The notes beneath the pieces are model-generated. The model did no database searches. It saw only the letters and a list, made by a program, of their open reading frames with translations, and was not told the DNA's origin. A program made the position numbers and the translations under genes. A stretch of DNA of 63,868 nt, counting the filler, from Lenisia limosa (lineage: Eukaryota; Protista; Breviatea), in NCBI GenBank assembly GCA_001655205.1. It is 14 parts of 14 records of this genome, joined end to end, with 100 filler letters (N's around TTAATTAATTAA, not from the genome) between each part and the next. Parts side by side here need not be neighbours in the genome. Positions count along the whole stretch, not along the records: positions 23,226 to 30,613 come from LPNZ01005917.1; positions 30,714 to 34,768 come from LPNZ01008183.1; positions 34,869 to 36,943 come from LPNZ01009853.1; 11 more parts are not named here. One strand, 5' to 3'. Shown piece by piece: positions 26,401-37,043 of this stretch (position 1 is its first letter; every line of letters begins with the position of its first letter).

Positions 26401-27008
26401 TACTGTCACATTTTGGCTGTCTTATGTGGGAGAAAGAAATCTGAAATCTAGAATATGGCATTTTATAAATATCTGAAAACAGAGGAGTTTTTTTATTTTC
26501 CTTCATCCCAATTGATACGTTTTCTATTTGCTCTTCAGATATGATGTTATTTATTAAGAATACCTGGAGCATTGATAAAACATCATAAATCATTATCTGG
26601 AATTTCTGGAACAAGACAACAAAAACAAATAAAATATGGATTATCAACCCAAATTTCCAGATTTCAGATTTCTTCTCTTTGGGTAGCTTTCTTGTTTCCA
26701 TCCATCATTCCTTCAATATTGAACAACTCATTTTGTAGAAAAATATAGGTAAGAGAAGTTTATTTGAACTAAACGCGATTAGTCCTGACACGATTGACTC
26801 AAGACAAAGCTCAATATCCGTGTCATAACATCGCGAGCAGTGGGTAATGATGATGATGATGATAGCGACAGCGATTATTCACAAACCTGGGAGGATTCAG
26901 GAGAACTCTTGACATAGTTCAACAGCTGAATTGTCTGTGACAACAATCCTTGCGAAGACTTCGACGCAGCTGAAGAAGACAAATGTCTGACTAAGGAGGA
27001 AAAGAGCA
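23443..27008 (-). CDS. Hypothetical multi-exon protein with a mitochondrial-type presequence and TPR-like segment
   Basis: ATG at 27008 gives MLFSSLVRHLSSSAASKSSQGLL (R/S/L-rich, no acids). Later exons include AAIWGATSPQYASALTVISQ (KLC-type TPR-like). All exons may not belong to one gene. Confidence 0.4.
24472..24564. mobile_element. MITE family A (best copy): ~27-bp TIR GGGCTTCACTTCGGTTCGAAAAAAGAC, TA target duplication
   Basis: TA|GGGCTTCACTCCGGTTCGG...AAACCGAAGTGAAGCCC|TA. Non-coding, ~93 bp. Confidence 0.9.
25005..25091. mobile_element. MITE family A copy
   Basis: TA-flanked on both sides. Confidence 0.85.
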
Positions 27009-27826
27009 TCTTGCCGCAGTTGCTGTTTCGGGGATATCGGAGGGGGACTCTCTCCCTTGGAGTGCTTGGAGGTTTACGTTATATAATTATAATTAAAGGT
27101 GTTTTGGTGATGTTGGTGGCTTGGGTGGGTGGGTTGGTGGGCTAGAGCTGGAAAAGGGATTCCTTTTACACTAAGTTACATTTGTTACATCAGTTCCTTT
27201 TACTCCTTCTCTCCTCTCCTTTACCAATGAAAATGAACTAAAGAACTAAATAAAAAATAGGGTTCAGTTGAGATAATTAACGATCGTTTATGACGAAGCT
27301 CCCATACCCATATTGAGTTCGAGACTTGAGAACACCACCTAAGGCGGCCTTACCACCACCAATCACCACACGTAACCGGTGTTTTGAAGTTCGAATTCAA
27401 ATCCCCCTTGTTTTCCTCCTCCTATCAACTCCTTTCAGCAACACCCTGGTAGGACAGTTTCTGCTGATCATTGGTTTTCCCATGTGTGTATTGCGTTATA
27501 ATGGTATCCCTTGTGTCTTTTTTCTTCCACTTCATTTTCTTTATTTCCCACCTTGTTTTATTTCTCGTTTTGTGCAAATAGGAACTCAAAATCAAATCTC
27601 TCTATTTTTGGACCGCAAGCAAAGCCTCAAATAATGTTCTGTTTCTAATGATACTGGCGACATTGCATGCTCTTTATCTGTTTCATAATATTTATTGTCG
27701 TCTCATCTTACCAAAAATATAATATGCATATTGTCAATTTTGTCAAAACCATTTTTCTTATCATCATACGTATTATCGTCACATGATGGGCTGAGTTAAC
27801 TTCTCAGGCTCCTTGAAGTCACAGAA

Positions 27827-30541
27827 ATGTTGACCTTGGGGAGAGCGTTCCTTCGGTCCGCAGCTCCTTTGACGGGTTCTGTTCGTCTCTTATCAACAAG
27901 AGTGACCCCACGATGTCCGATTTCTAAAAGTGACTGGCAGCAGCACCACGAGAACTTCTCACAGCGTTTTACGGAGGCGGTGCTTGAGGGGCAAACACTG
28001 AATGGCATGCGGAAGATCCTGCCTCCTTCGTTGGTCGAGTATGTTGTTGATGTTGGTGGGGATGATGCTGATAAAGTGCAGTTAATTCAAAAATAAATTT
28101 CCGTATTTAAATTGGGACATGTTCAATTTATTATCAAATAGCCTCAAAAATGTGATTGTAAGGAGTACCATGAGAATCCTGATATTTACCTAATTTAGAT
28201 GATTCAAGAGACTTCTCTTGGGGGCAAAACGCTGCGAGGCATTACTACCGCTGCGTTAGCTGCCCAAGCAACCAGTATTGATTCGGTAGGTACAGTTCAA
28301 AAAAGACTGAATTCATCGATAAATCATCGAAAACTATCGATATTTTACCGGTCTTTTTTGATCCGAAGTGAAGCCTAGGTAGGTACTGTTGAGGGTCAGA
28401 GGTTGGTCTTCACTCCAGTCCGAAAAAGACTGGTAAAATATCGATATTTATCGAGGAATTTTCAAAAAGTCTGTCTTTTTTTTGGACCGAAGAGAGGGTT
28501 GGATATATCATATGGATTACATCCAATATCTCTTATTAGCATGCCAGATACAAACCTTATTTTTTTATTTCTCATTGCTATATAGTATATCAGATGTATA
28601 TTAATACATTGCTTTTCTCATTTTGCTACACGTAGACTTGTAAGTACGGAATTGTTATCACTATCCCGTTATAGGCAATCTTTGATGGTATTATTCTAAA
28701 TTTTGACCCCTTCTTATTTTGACCATTCTTAGGAGTCCTACACCATGGGATGCGATTTTGGATGGGCAGTTGAGCTGGTATGTTCGGGGTGTTGAGCCAG
28801 TATGTTATATGAGTGTTATGTAGGCCTTCACTTCGATCTGGAAAATTTCCTAATGTCTCGATAAATCCTCGATATGTTTGATTGTTTACTGAGACCAGAA
28901 TGAAGCCCTAATGTCACATTGAACAATTTAATAAAAACTTACAATTAATTTTTAGAGAAATTATTTAACTCCCTTGTCGAGTATGACTCTACGCACTAAC
29001 TTTTAACCCTTTTAACCTCCATCAGCTCCAAGCTCACTTCCTTGTCGAAGATGACATTATGGACGCCGCCGATACGCGTCGAGGCAAACCGGCCTGGTAT
29101 AAAGAGGTGGGGGTGTATAAGAAGTGANNNNNNNNNNNNNNNNNNNNNNNNNNNNNNNNNNNNNNNNNNNNNNNNNNNNNNNNNNNNNNNNNNNNNNNNN
29201 NNNNNNNNNNNNNTAGAATGGTATTGTAAGTGTGTTAATGTATTATAACGGTATTGTAACGGTTTAGGTCGGCCTGAAAGCAATCAATGACGGTCTTCTC
29301 CTGCAGCAAGTAGCATATCGCCTTATTCGCGCTGGCGTGCATGGCGTGCCCACCGACCCCGCACGCATTGCAGGCGCCGGCCATATTGCTTATGTAAGGG
29401 GGTGTTATTGTTTTTTTCGAGGTGGGGGTGACAATCCTTAGATCTTAGATCAAATATGGCTATCCTTAGATCTTAGATTAAATATGGCTATCCTTAGATC
29501 TTAGATTAAATATGACTATCCTTAGATATTAGATTAAATATGACAATGCTTAGATCAACTACTTGACAGCCCTGGGTGAACTGCTTGACACGTCACCGCC
29601 CGCGGCTATGTCGGATGAATTCAACCCTGTCACGTGGGGGGGGGGGGAGTTAAGGCAGGGTTTCAAATGAGAAATTTGTCTCGGATAGCAGTTTAATTAT
29701 CGAAAAATAGGCCTTCTTTAGAGTGATTTTTGTATTTCTGTTGATAATGACTCTTAAGTCGATTTTAAGAAAGGAGTAAAAGAGGCAAAAGTGCGTGATT
29801 CACGTTTAATATGACAACTTTCCCATTTGAAACCTTGCTTTACAGCAGGTTATAATTCCTGAAAATTGCCACGGATATCGAACACAAACCTCTTTTTATA
29901 ATCGTCCCTCCCCAGACATTCGTAAATATTCTCCATTTTCAATCCTTGTCTGTTGCAAGCCAATTTTGGGCTTTTTTTGTTACACAATTTCCCCCTTAGA
30001 ATACTAGGATTTTACCCAAATAGGTACCGCAACATTTGTGTCAACAAAACTGGGCACTATACCTTCCATCTTCCCATCTCCCTCGGCATCTACGCGGCTT
30101 TGTCGACTATTGCCCCCCACTATTCGCCTCAGGAAATGCGGGTATGTGCTTATTTTTCTTTGGCAGTCATATCAGATCATATCAAATGATATGCATGTAC
30201 ATATAGCTATGTATATGCATATCATATACCAGCTATATAGATTATGCTAGTCAATTAATATTATACTCTAATCCAATATCTCTGATGTGGACAGCTTCGG
30301 CCAGGTACAACCTTGTTTTATTTCTCGTTATATGAGAAGTAGTGTCCAAAACACAGGGGGTAGGGTCGACCTTTTTTGACCTTCCTAGGCATGTGCGGAT
30401 CAAGTTGAAGAACTCTGTAATAAGTTCGGCCATTTGTATCAGATCCAAGATGACGTCCTCGACGTCTATGGTGATCCCGAAGTAACGGGAAAGTACGGTA
30501 CTGACATTTACGACCGAAAATGCTCCTGGCTTGCCATGATG
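27827..30541 (+). CDS. FDPS: Farnesyl/short-chain trans-prenyl diphosphate synthase with mitochondrial-type presequence (3' end missing)
   Basis: Eight phase-consistent exons: 27827-28043, 28199-28285, 28733-28777, 29026-29106, 29268-29393, 29554-29633, 30024-30141, 30389-30541. Motifs are [27 protein letters not shown] (FARM), [16 protein letters not shown] and [25 protein letters not shown] (SARM). Confidence 0.93.
28295..28495. mobile_element. Two adjacent MITE family A copies (28295-28375, 28404-28495)
   Basis: Internal AAAAGACTG/AATATCGAT/TTATCGAG core and GAAGTGAAGCC end, in FPPS intron 2. Confidence 0.8.
28823..28908. mobile_element. MITE family A copy (degenerate)
   Basis: TA|GGCCTTCACTTCG...TGAAGCCC|TA. 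Confidence 0.8.
29431..29556. repeat. 28-bp minisatellite (~4.5 copies) ending at the FPPS exon-6 acceptor
   Basis: TATCCTTAGATCTTAGATTAAATATGGC units. The last unit supplies TTAG|ATC at 29553/29554. Confidence 0.9.
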
Positions 30542-30850
30542 GTTGGGGGGGAGTAAAGCGAAGGAAATTTCAAGAATACTGGCGTTAAGGTTTTAATACG
30601 ATTCGAATAATCANNNNNNNNNNNNNNNNNNNNNNNNNNNNNNNNNNNNNNNNNNNNTTAATTAATTAANNNNNNNNNNNNNNNNNNNNNNNNNNNNNNN
30701 NNNNNNNNNNNNNGTTGTCGGCAAAAATATCATTAACCAAATACTGTAAGGGGAGGGGGCTGTCATATCATATGATAACAAAGCAAATGAAGGACCTTGA
30801 GTCCCAAAACAGTGAAATTCCAATCCTCATGACGTCCTGACGTCACCTAC

Positions 30851-33800
30851 CAAATTGGCTCGTTCAGCTTCCAGGATTCTCTTGGCCGAGGTGTGGGGGA
30901 GAATGAGGCTCAAAATGCCTAATTTGGCCTTTTTGTCCCAGGTCATGGCCGNNNNNNNNNNNNNNNNNNNNNNNNNNNNNNNNNNNNNNNNNNNNNNNNN
31001 NNNNNNNNNNNNNAAGCAGAAACCACAAAAAGACTGGTGAAATGCCGCAACTTCAATGCAGCTAAGGACCGAAGGAAGCCCTATGGGAATATACCAACAG
31101 GGCTTAAAAGACCGTTTAAATATCGATATTTATCGAGGATTTATCAAGAGATTCAGTCTTACATACCAATAAACTGATCGAAAGTGTGTTTGGCGGCAGT
31201 GGTGAGTTTGATGGCGGCCTTCATCACCTCGTGTGTCTGAAATGTCAACAGAGCTTATCTGGCTTATCCAATAAACCATTAGTGAAGACGCTATTATATG
31301 ATAATTTGTAATGTGGGAAACTGTCAACACACCAACATAATTGTAATGTGGGAAACTGTCAACACACCCACATAATTGAAGAGGCTTATTATATGATAAT
31401 TTTAATGGCAGCAACAACAATCATGAATTCATGCCAGTATATTATAAGGTCACGATGAAGAAACAAAATAATAAAATGTTTCACGCACCTCCACGTCCAC
31501 GCCTGAGTAGGAGTCTTCCCAACAGTCCCGGGCCTACATCATCAGGAAGAAGGGGGGGGGGGGGGNNNNNNNNNNNNNNNNNNNNNNNNNNNNNNNNNNN
31601 NNNNNNNNNNNNNNNNNNNNNNNNNNNNNNNNNNNNNNNNNNNNNNNNNNNNNNNNNNCTTCATGGGAGAGATATGGTTGTGTTGGGTAAAGACATGTCA
31701 TACATCAAGTTGATGATTGTCTACAGTACCCTGGGCTTCACTTCGGTTCGAAAAAAGACTGAATTTCCCAATAAATCCTCGAAAATTGTCGATGTTTTAC
31801 AGGGGTTTTTTTTTAACCGAAGTGAAGCCAATATAGCAAATCCAATCCAATCCCTTAGTTTCCTTATTCAAACCACCCCAACCCACCACATCAATAGACT
31901 CTTTGTTGAGGAACTGGACTATTTCGGTGGTGATCAGGCCAGGCTTCTTCTACTCCAGTAAGAGGGAATTAGTATCTTCAATCTGAAACCAATATACACA
32001 AAAAAAATGAAACAGTTATATTATATATTATATTATATAATAATATCTCTCATACCATATGCATATATATGGTATCTTGGCTAATATACATTTCAAGAAT
32101 CCACCCATAACAAACTCTTCCCCACCTTGATAGTTTTAGTGATGGACGAGAAGACGGCCTGGATGGCCTGAAGCGCAGTGATACGAACCGCTCCGTCCAC
32201 TGATGACTGGAACAACTCCATCAGCCGACCGTATATCAAACGCAACAGGGAGGCTGTGGGGGGTGAAAAGGGGAAATTTATGAAACAAAAAAAACCCAAA
32301 ATCAACTCTGTTGGCTGACAGCACACGANNNNNNNNNNNNNNNNNNNNNNNNNNNNNNNNNNNNNNNNNNNNNNNNNNNNNNNNNNNNNNNNNNNNNNNN
32401 NNNNNNNNNNNNNNNNNNNNNNNNNNNNNNNNNNNNNNNNNNNNNNNNNNNNNNNNNNNNNNNNNNNNNNNNNNNNNNNNNNNNNNNNNNNNNNNNNNNN
32501 NNNNAAGGTCATTTAGAAAACTGCACACACAGTTCCACTTTATTTGCCAAAACAAAACAGCGTCTGAACCACCATAACCCATTGGCGTAACCCTCCATCA
32601 CTCACCATCATTGGCGAGAAGGGTCTCAACAAAGCATGCGCGTGAGATACCAAGGAGCATACAGATACTGCCAAGGGGCTGAGGGGGGGGGGGGNNNNNN
32701 NNNNNNNNNNNNNNNNNNNNNNNNNNNNNNNNNNNNNNNNNNNNNNNNNNNNNNNNNNNNNNNNNNNNNNNNNNNNNNNNNNNNNNNNNNNNNNNNNNNN
32801 NNNNNNNNNNNNNNNNNNNNNNNNNNNNNNNNNNNNNNNNNNNNNNNNNNNNNNNNNNNNNNNNNNNNNNNNNNNCGATTACCAGGATTTGGGTTGAGAA
32901 GGGGGAATCGGGCTGCAGTTTATTACTCAGCCCCGGGAAAGGAAGGGAAAACTGTGGAAAAGTGTACCGTCACCATTGAACATTGCCCTCCTCCCACTGT
33001 GAACATTGCCCTCCTCCCACTGTGAATATTGCCCTCCTCCCACTGTGAACTCTCTGATGTTGTAGTACAAACGGTGGCCGACTGAGAAGCTGTTTTTGAA
33101 GACTTCAGCATCCTCGAAAGTCTGAACAACATGAGGTGCAACTTATGATGAACATCGCGTGAGGGGGGGGGGGGGNNNNNNNNNNNNNNNNNNNNNNNNN
33201 NNNNNNNNNNNNNNNNNNNNNNNNNNNNNNNNNNNNNNNNNNNNNNNNNNNNNNNNNNNNNNNNNNNNNNNNNNNNNNNNNNNNNNNNNNNNNNNNNNNN
33301 NNNNNNNNNNNNNNNNCATTTTTATTAAATAATGCGTCGTTTTGTCACCACAGATCCCAATTATATGTTTTTATACATATTTTCCAAAAAATGAACTGAA
33401 CTGAACTTTTTAATTCAGGAAATTTTAGAATTTCGTACCTGTTTTGAGCATATGTTTATAAATGTCTTCGAATGAACAAGAAAGGTCATCAAAATAACAC
33501 GGAAATCGATTGTTATTATGTGGTAGAACCTCCATTAGCACGAATAAGAAGTCCCAAAAATAGGTACGAAATAAATATAGTGAAGATAGGCTCGAAAACA
33601 AATGCAAGACATTCCTGAAGCTATTGACCTGGAGCACTGTACCTATCAGGATATGGGCCTATCCTCAAACCTTGCTGTCGATAAGAGCTCTTAAAGTGGC
33701 GTCAACCTTATCGGGGGTGACAAGCAAGGTACAGGCTCGGACAACTTGAAGGATCACGAATGGGTCATGAGAACCCCAAGCCCATGAAATGTTAACCAAT

Positions 33801-34517
33801 ATCCACGAGTGATATGATCATATGACCAAATTTCGAGTCGAAATGATGAACGAAGATAACACGAGGGTTAATCCCGGGTGTATCAGAGTATCATTGAGAC
33901 TTGTCGGTCAATATCACACGAGTGGAAAGGGGTATCATATCACTGCGTTGAAAATGATAGTTCACACCGTGAAAATGATTCGAAAAGTGATATGATATAC
34001 TATATAAGTAATATATTCTATTATTTCAGAAGGGTGTTTTTGCCGTTTATGATTTTGATGACAGGTTATAATTTATGGTGCAAGATTGATTGCGACAACG
34101 GCCAGCATACACACAAGCCCAGCAGTTTTGAAGGAAACAGTCGAGAAACTGAGGCTCTTCAGAATCCTGGATCATAAGATCGTCTGCTGCCATAAAGAAG
34201 AGAGCTGATTATTATCACACCCTACTATCCACCTATTATCATTAACCGAAAAAGGACGAATGCAAGACCCAACCAACTCGGAGGTGTAGTGCGCACAACC
34301 GGCCATGACTTTGATGGTGTCCTTGGTACCAGCCTCAACGGTGAATCGGATCAGGAAGAAGAAGTTAAATGTTAACAATTATATACAGCACCCCCCGGTC
34401 GCGCACCTCGAGAAACTCAGCAGTCTCGACCACGGTCTTGCACACGCGGTCAACCTGAGCGAGCGTGTTCGCGACTGAGGCGTCACCATTCGGCGTCTTA
34501 AGCTCCGACTCAAGCGT
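30851..34517 (-). CDS. HEAT/ARM-repeat protein, THADA/Trm732-like (partial)
   Basis: Exons DCWEDSYSGVDVE | THEVMKAAIKL and MTWDKKAKLGILSLILPHTSAKRILE resemble recalled THADA segments (WE.P.D.(V/L)..Q.K..F; PW..KGKY..L..L......IL). Also amphipathic HEAT-like exons. Confidence 0.5.
31733..31829. mobile_element. MITE family A copy
   Basis: Both TIRs present. Confidence 0.87.
32254..32605 (-). mobile_element. Repeat family E spanning an intron of the THADA-like gene
   Basis: GTGAGTGATGG...[gap]TCGTGTGCTGTCAGCCAACAGAGTTGATTTTGGG..TTTCATAAATTTCCCCTTTTCACCCCCCACAG. Other E pieces: 1499-1639(+), 14985-15084(+), 19284-19404(+), 19900-19975(+), 20919-20947(+), 35171-35300(-), 51149-51177(-), 56491-56804(-), 62380-62429(-), 63585-63660(-). 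Confidence 0.65.
32977..33050. repeat. 23-bp minisatellite, 3 copies, at an exon-intron boundary
   Basis: TGAACATTGCCCTCCTCCCACTG x3. Confidence 0.9.
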
Positions 34518-35556
34518 CTGGGGGTGAGGGTTGCAGAAAGGAGCAAAGATGTTGAATTCTTTTTTTTTTATACTGCGGTGCTTTTAAGATCTTAAATGCA
34601 GCAAAATATTATTCACTGCTTCTCAATAAAATAACTATCCAAATGAGCCTATTTAATATGAACTCTTCTACTATACACAGTGCAATCGTATGCTATCTAC
34701 AAGTTTGTAAATATACGTGGCTATATGCAGAGCAATGAGAAATAAAATTTAAGGTTGTATCTGGCCGANNNNNNNNNNNNNNNNNNNNNNNNNNNNNNNN
34801 NNNNNNNNNNNNTTAATTAATTAANNNNNNNNNNNNNNNNNNNNNNNNNNNNNNNNNNNNNNNNNNNNTTGAACGTAAGAGTTACATCATATTAATAAAT
34901 TATGACAAAATACATATGATCGATAACTGCATATCATATCATATTCATAAATGATGCCAGAATATCAGTTATAAATTATAACTATTCATTGTGTGAGCGA
35001 GCTCGAGATGATACATATTGACTGCAGATAAGAATCTCTACTCTATTTTATCTGGGACTTTGCTTTATCAATATGATAATACCCATTAAAATGACATATA
35101 TCCCCCCCCCCCCCNNNNNNNNNNNNNNNNNNNNNNNNNNNNNNNNNNNNNNNNNNNNNNNNNNNNNNNNTCTGGGTGGTAAAAAGAAGGAAATCTATGA
35201 AAAAAAAGCCCACTATGAAAAAAAACAAAAACAACTCTGACAACACACAAGGGGGTTGATAACAACAAAACAAACAACGACCAAAACGAAGGAAATTTTC
35301 ATGAAGAATATTTGTGTCAAGGTACTTATCACGAACCCAATAATCTGAATCTCCAAACAAAAAACAAAAACAAAAAAGCAGACAAAAAACCAGAGGAGTG
35401 GTGATTGAGAATATTGGAGTAAAGATACCGAAATATGAGTGAAAATTTTAAATTAATGAACTAGATAGAGATGTGAAGTAAAATATATTTGTGCCTGGCC
35501 GACTAATAGGAGATATTGGATTAGAGTACAATATTTATCCACCCAATCATTATTAC

Positions 35557-36204
35557 TTCCTGTGTGCCTCCTTAGCATCAAGAAATATGATCTGTAAAAG
35601 AAAAAAACACAAAAGGCCTTTAAGAAATGAGGGGAACGCCTTTAAATAAGAGAGCAAAAGGAAGAGAAAAGCCACACGAAGGGGAGAGAATAGAAAAAAA
35701 ATAACGGGAAAAGTGACACCATGTCCACAACCAGAACACAAACACACCCGCGTTACCAACTGGTGCTCAACTTAAGAAGCCGTGCTCACCTTCTCCATGG
35801 TGTTGTAGTTGAAGACGCGAATGCACATGTCGTCTGAAGCAACCGCGATCCACTCTTTCCTGGCAATGAACTTGGCCGCGCGAACTGCAAGGAAAGCGGT
35901 TAAGTTTCTGTCAAACATGTTAAAATCATATAAATCAATATTTTACGGTCGGAAGGCTACGAGAGGGGGACTATGTTCGACATTCAAACCTGGAAGGTGG
36001 GTAACATCGAAGGTATTGAGGGAAACTTTATTTTCAGTGTCCCATATTTGGACTTTTCCTGTGTAAGATGCAACCAAGAGCCAAGGCTCGCGAGGATGCC
36101 AGTCTAAGGCTTTGATCCGGTCACAATGGACCGTCATACGCTTGTCGATCTGTAGGTCACTCTAAAACGTTACTATCTAGTTCAAAATATCCAACACCCA
36201 CCAT
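35557..36204 (-). CDS. COPB2: Coatomer subunit beta' (WD40), N-terminal exons
   Basis: ATG (36202-36204) | [41 protein letters not shown]...HLP (35990-36161) | [32 protein letters not shown] (35790-35884). This is a hallmark SEC27/COPB2 N-terminus. Confidence 0.92.
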
Positions 36205-36448
36205 TTTGATCGTTTTATGGCTTTTTGTTATTAAAACCCAAAAAACAAAGTCAGAAGATCTAGTGATCAATCCCTCACCTATATTTCGTTTTTTCGCAGT
36301 TTGTCTATCTCTCACACTATTCTCTGTGTTAAAAAGTATGTTTGTTGTGTGGTGATGGTGTGGTGGTGTCTGCAGGAAGTGTCTGTGGCTGGTTGTCAAA
36401 ATTGTCCTTGGGGACAATTTGGGATAAATTAATCTCATCATCTTTTAG
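36205..36448. promoter_or_regulatory. Short head-to-head intergenic region (candidate bidirectional promoter), COPB2 / secreted protein
   Basis: Divergent ATGs at 36204(-) and 36449(+), 244 nt apart. Confidence 0.5.
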
Positions 36449-36549
36449 ATGAAGCTTCTTGTTCTCGTCCTCTGCCTCCTGATCAGCCTTGTTGCTGCCG
36501 AAGACGGCGTGTGCACCAATGCGTCCGAGGATACGTGTCTTGACGGAAG
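36449..36549 (+). CDS. First exon of a secreted Cys-containing protein
   Basis: MKLLVLVLCLLISLVAA-EDGVCTNASEDTCLDG is a classic signal peptide followed by an AG|GTATGT donor. Confidence 0.7.
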
Positions 36550-37043
36550 GTATGTGCATGTATATTGCCCCTCTCTCCCACTCTGACTCAGATTGAATCG
36601 TAGCGAACATTCTTCTTTTCTTCACGCATCAATTACCCTTTTAACCCATTTACACCACCACATCGCTTCATAAAAGTAGCATTTCTCTCAGATTAAGCGG
36701 AAAAGAACATGATGTACTCCATCCTCTCATCCCAAAACTCAATATTGGCTCTGGTCCTGTCATTTGGGACCTATTTAAAATAGGGTGCCATCTAAGAAAT
36801 GGGCTTGAAAAAAATCATTAGTATAACCGAAAGCGAGCGTAACTTGTGTGACTTGTGTTTAGTGTAATAAAAGCAATTATTTGATGGAAGAAAGAAAATG
36901 TTGTACATAATAACCATTTTCATAAATTTTCAAATTCACTCAANNNNNNNNNNNNNNNNNNNNNNNNNNNNNNNNNNNNNNNNNNNNTTAATTAATTAAN
37001 NNNNNNNNNNNNNNNNNNNNNNNNNNNNNNNNNNNNNNNNNNN

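Noticed and set aside
36329-36625. 98-aa minus-strand ORF as part of COPB2
   Set aside because: COPB2 is fully explained by the ATG at 36204, and the opposite strand gives a clear signal peptide and donor.
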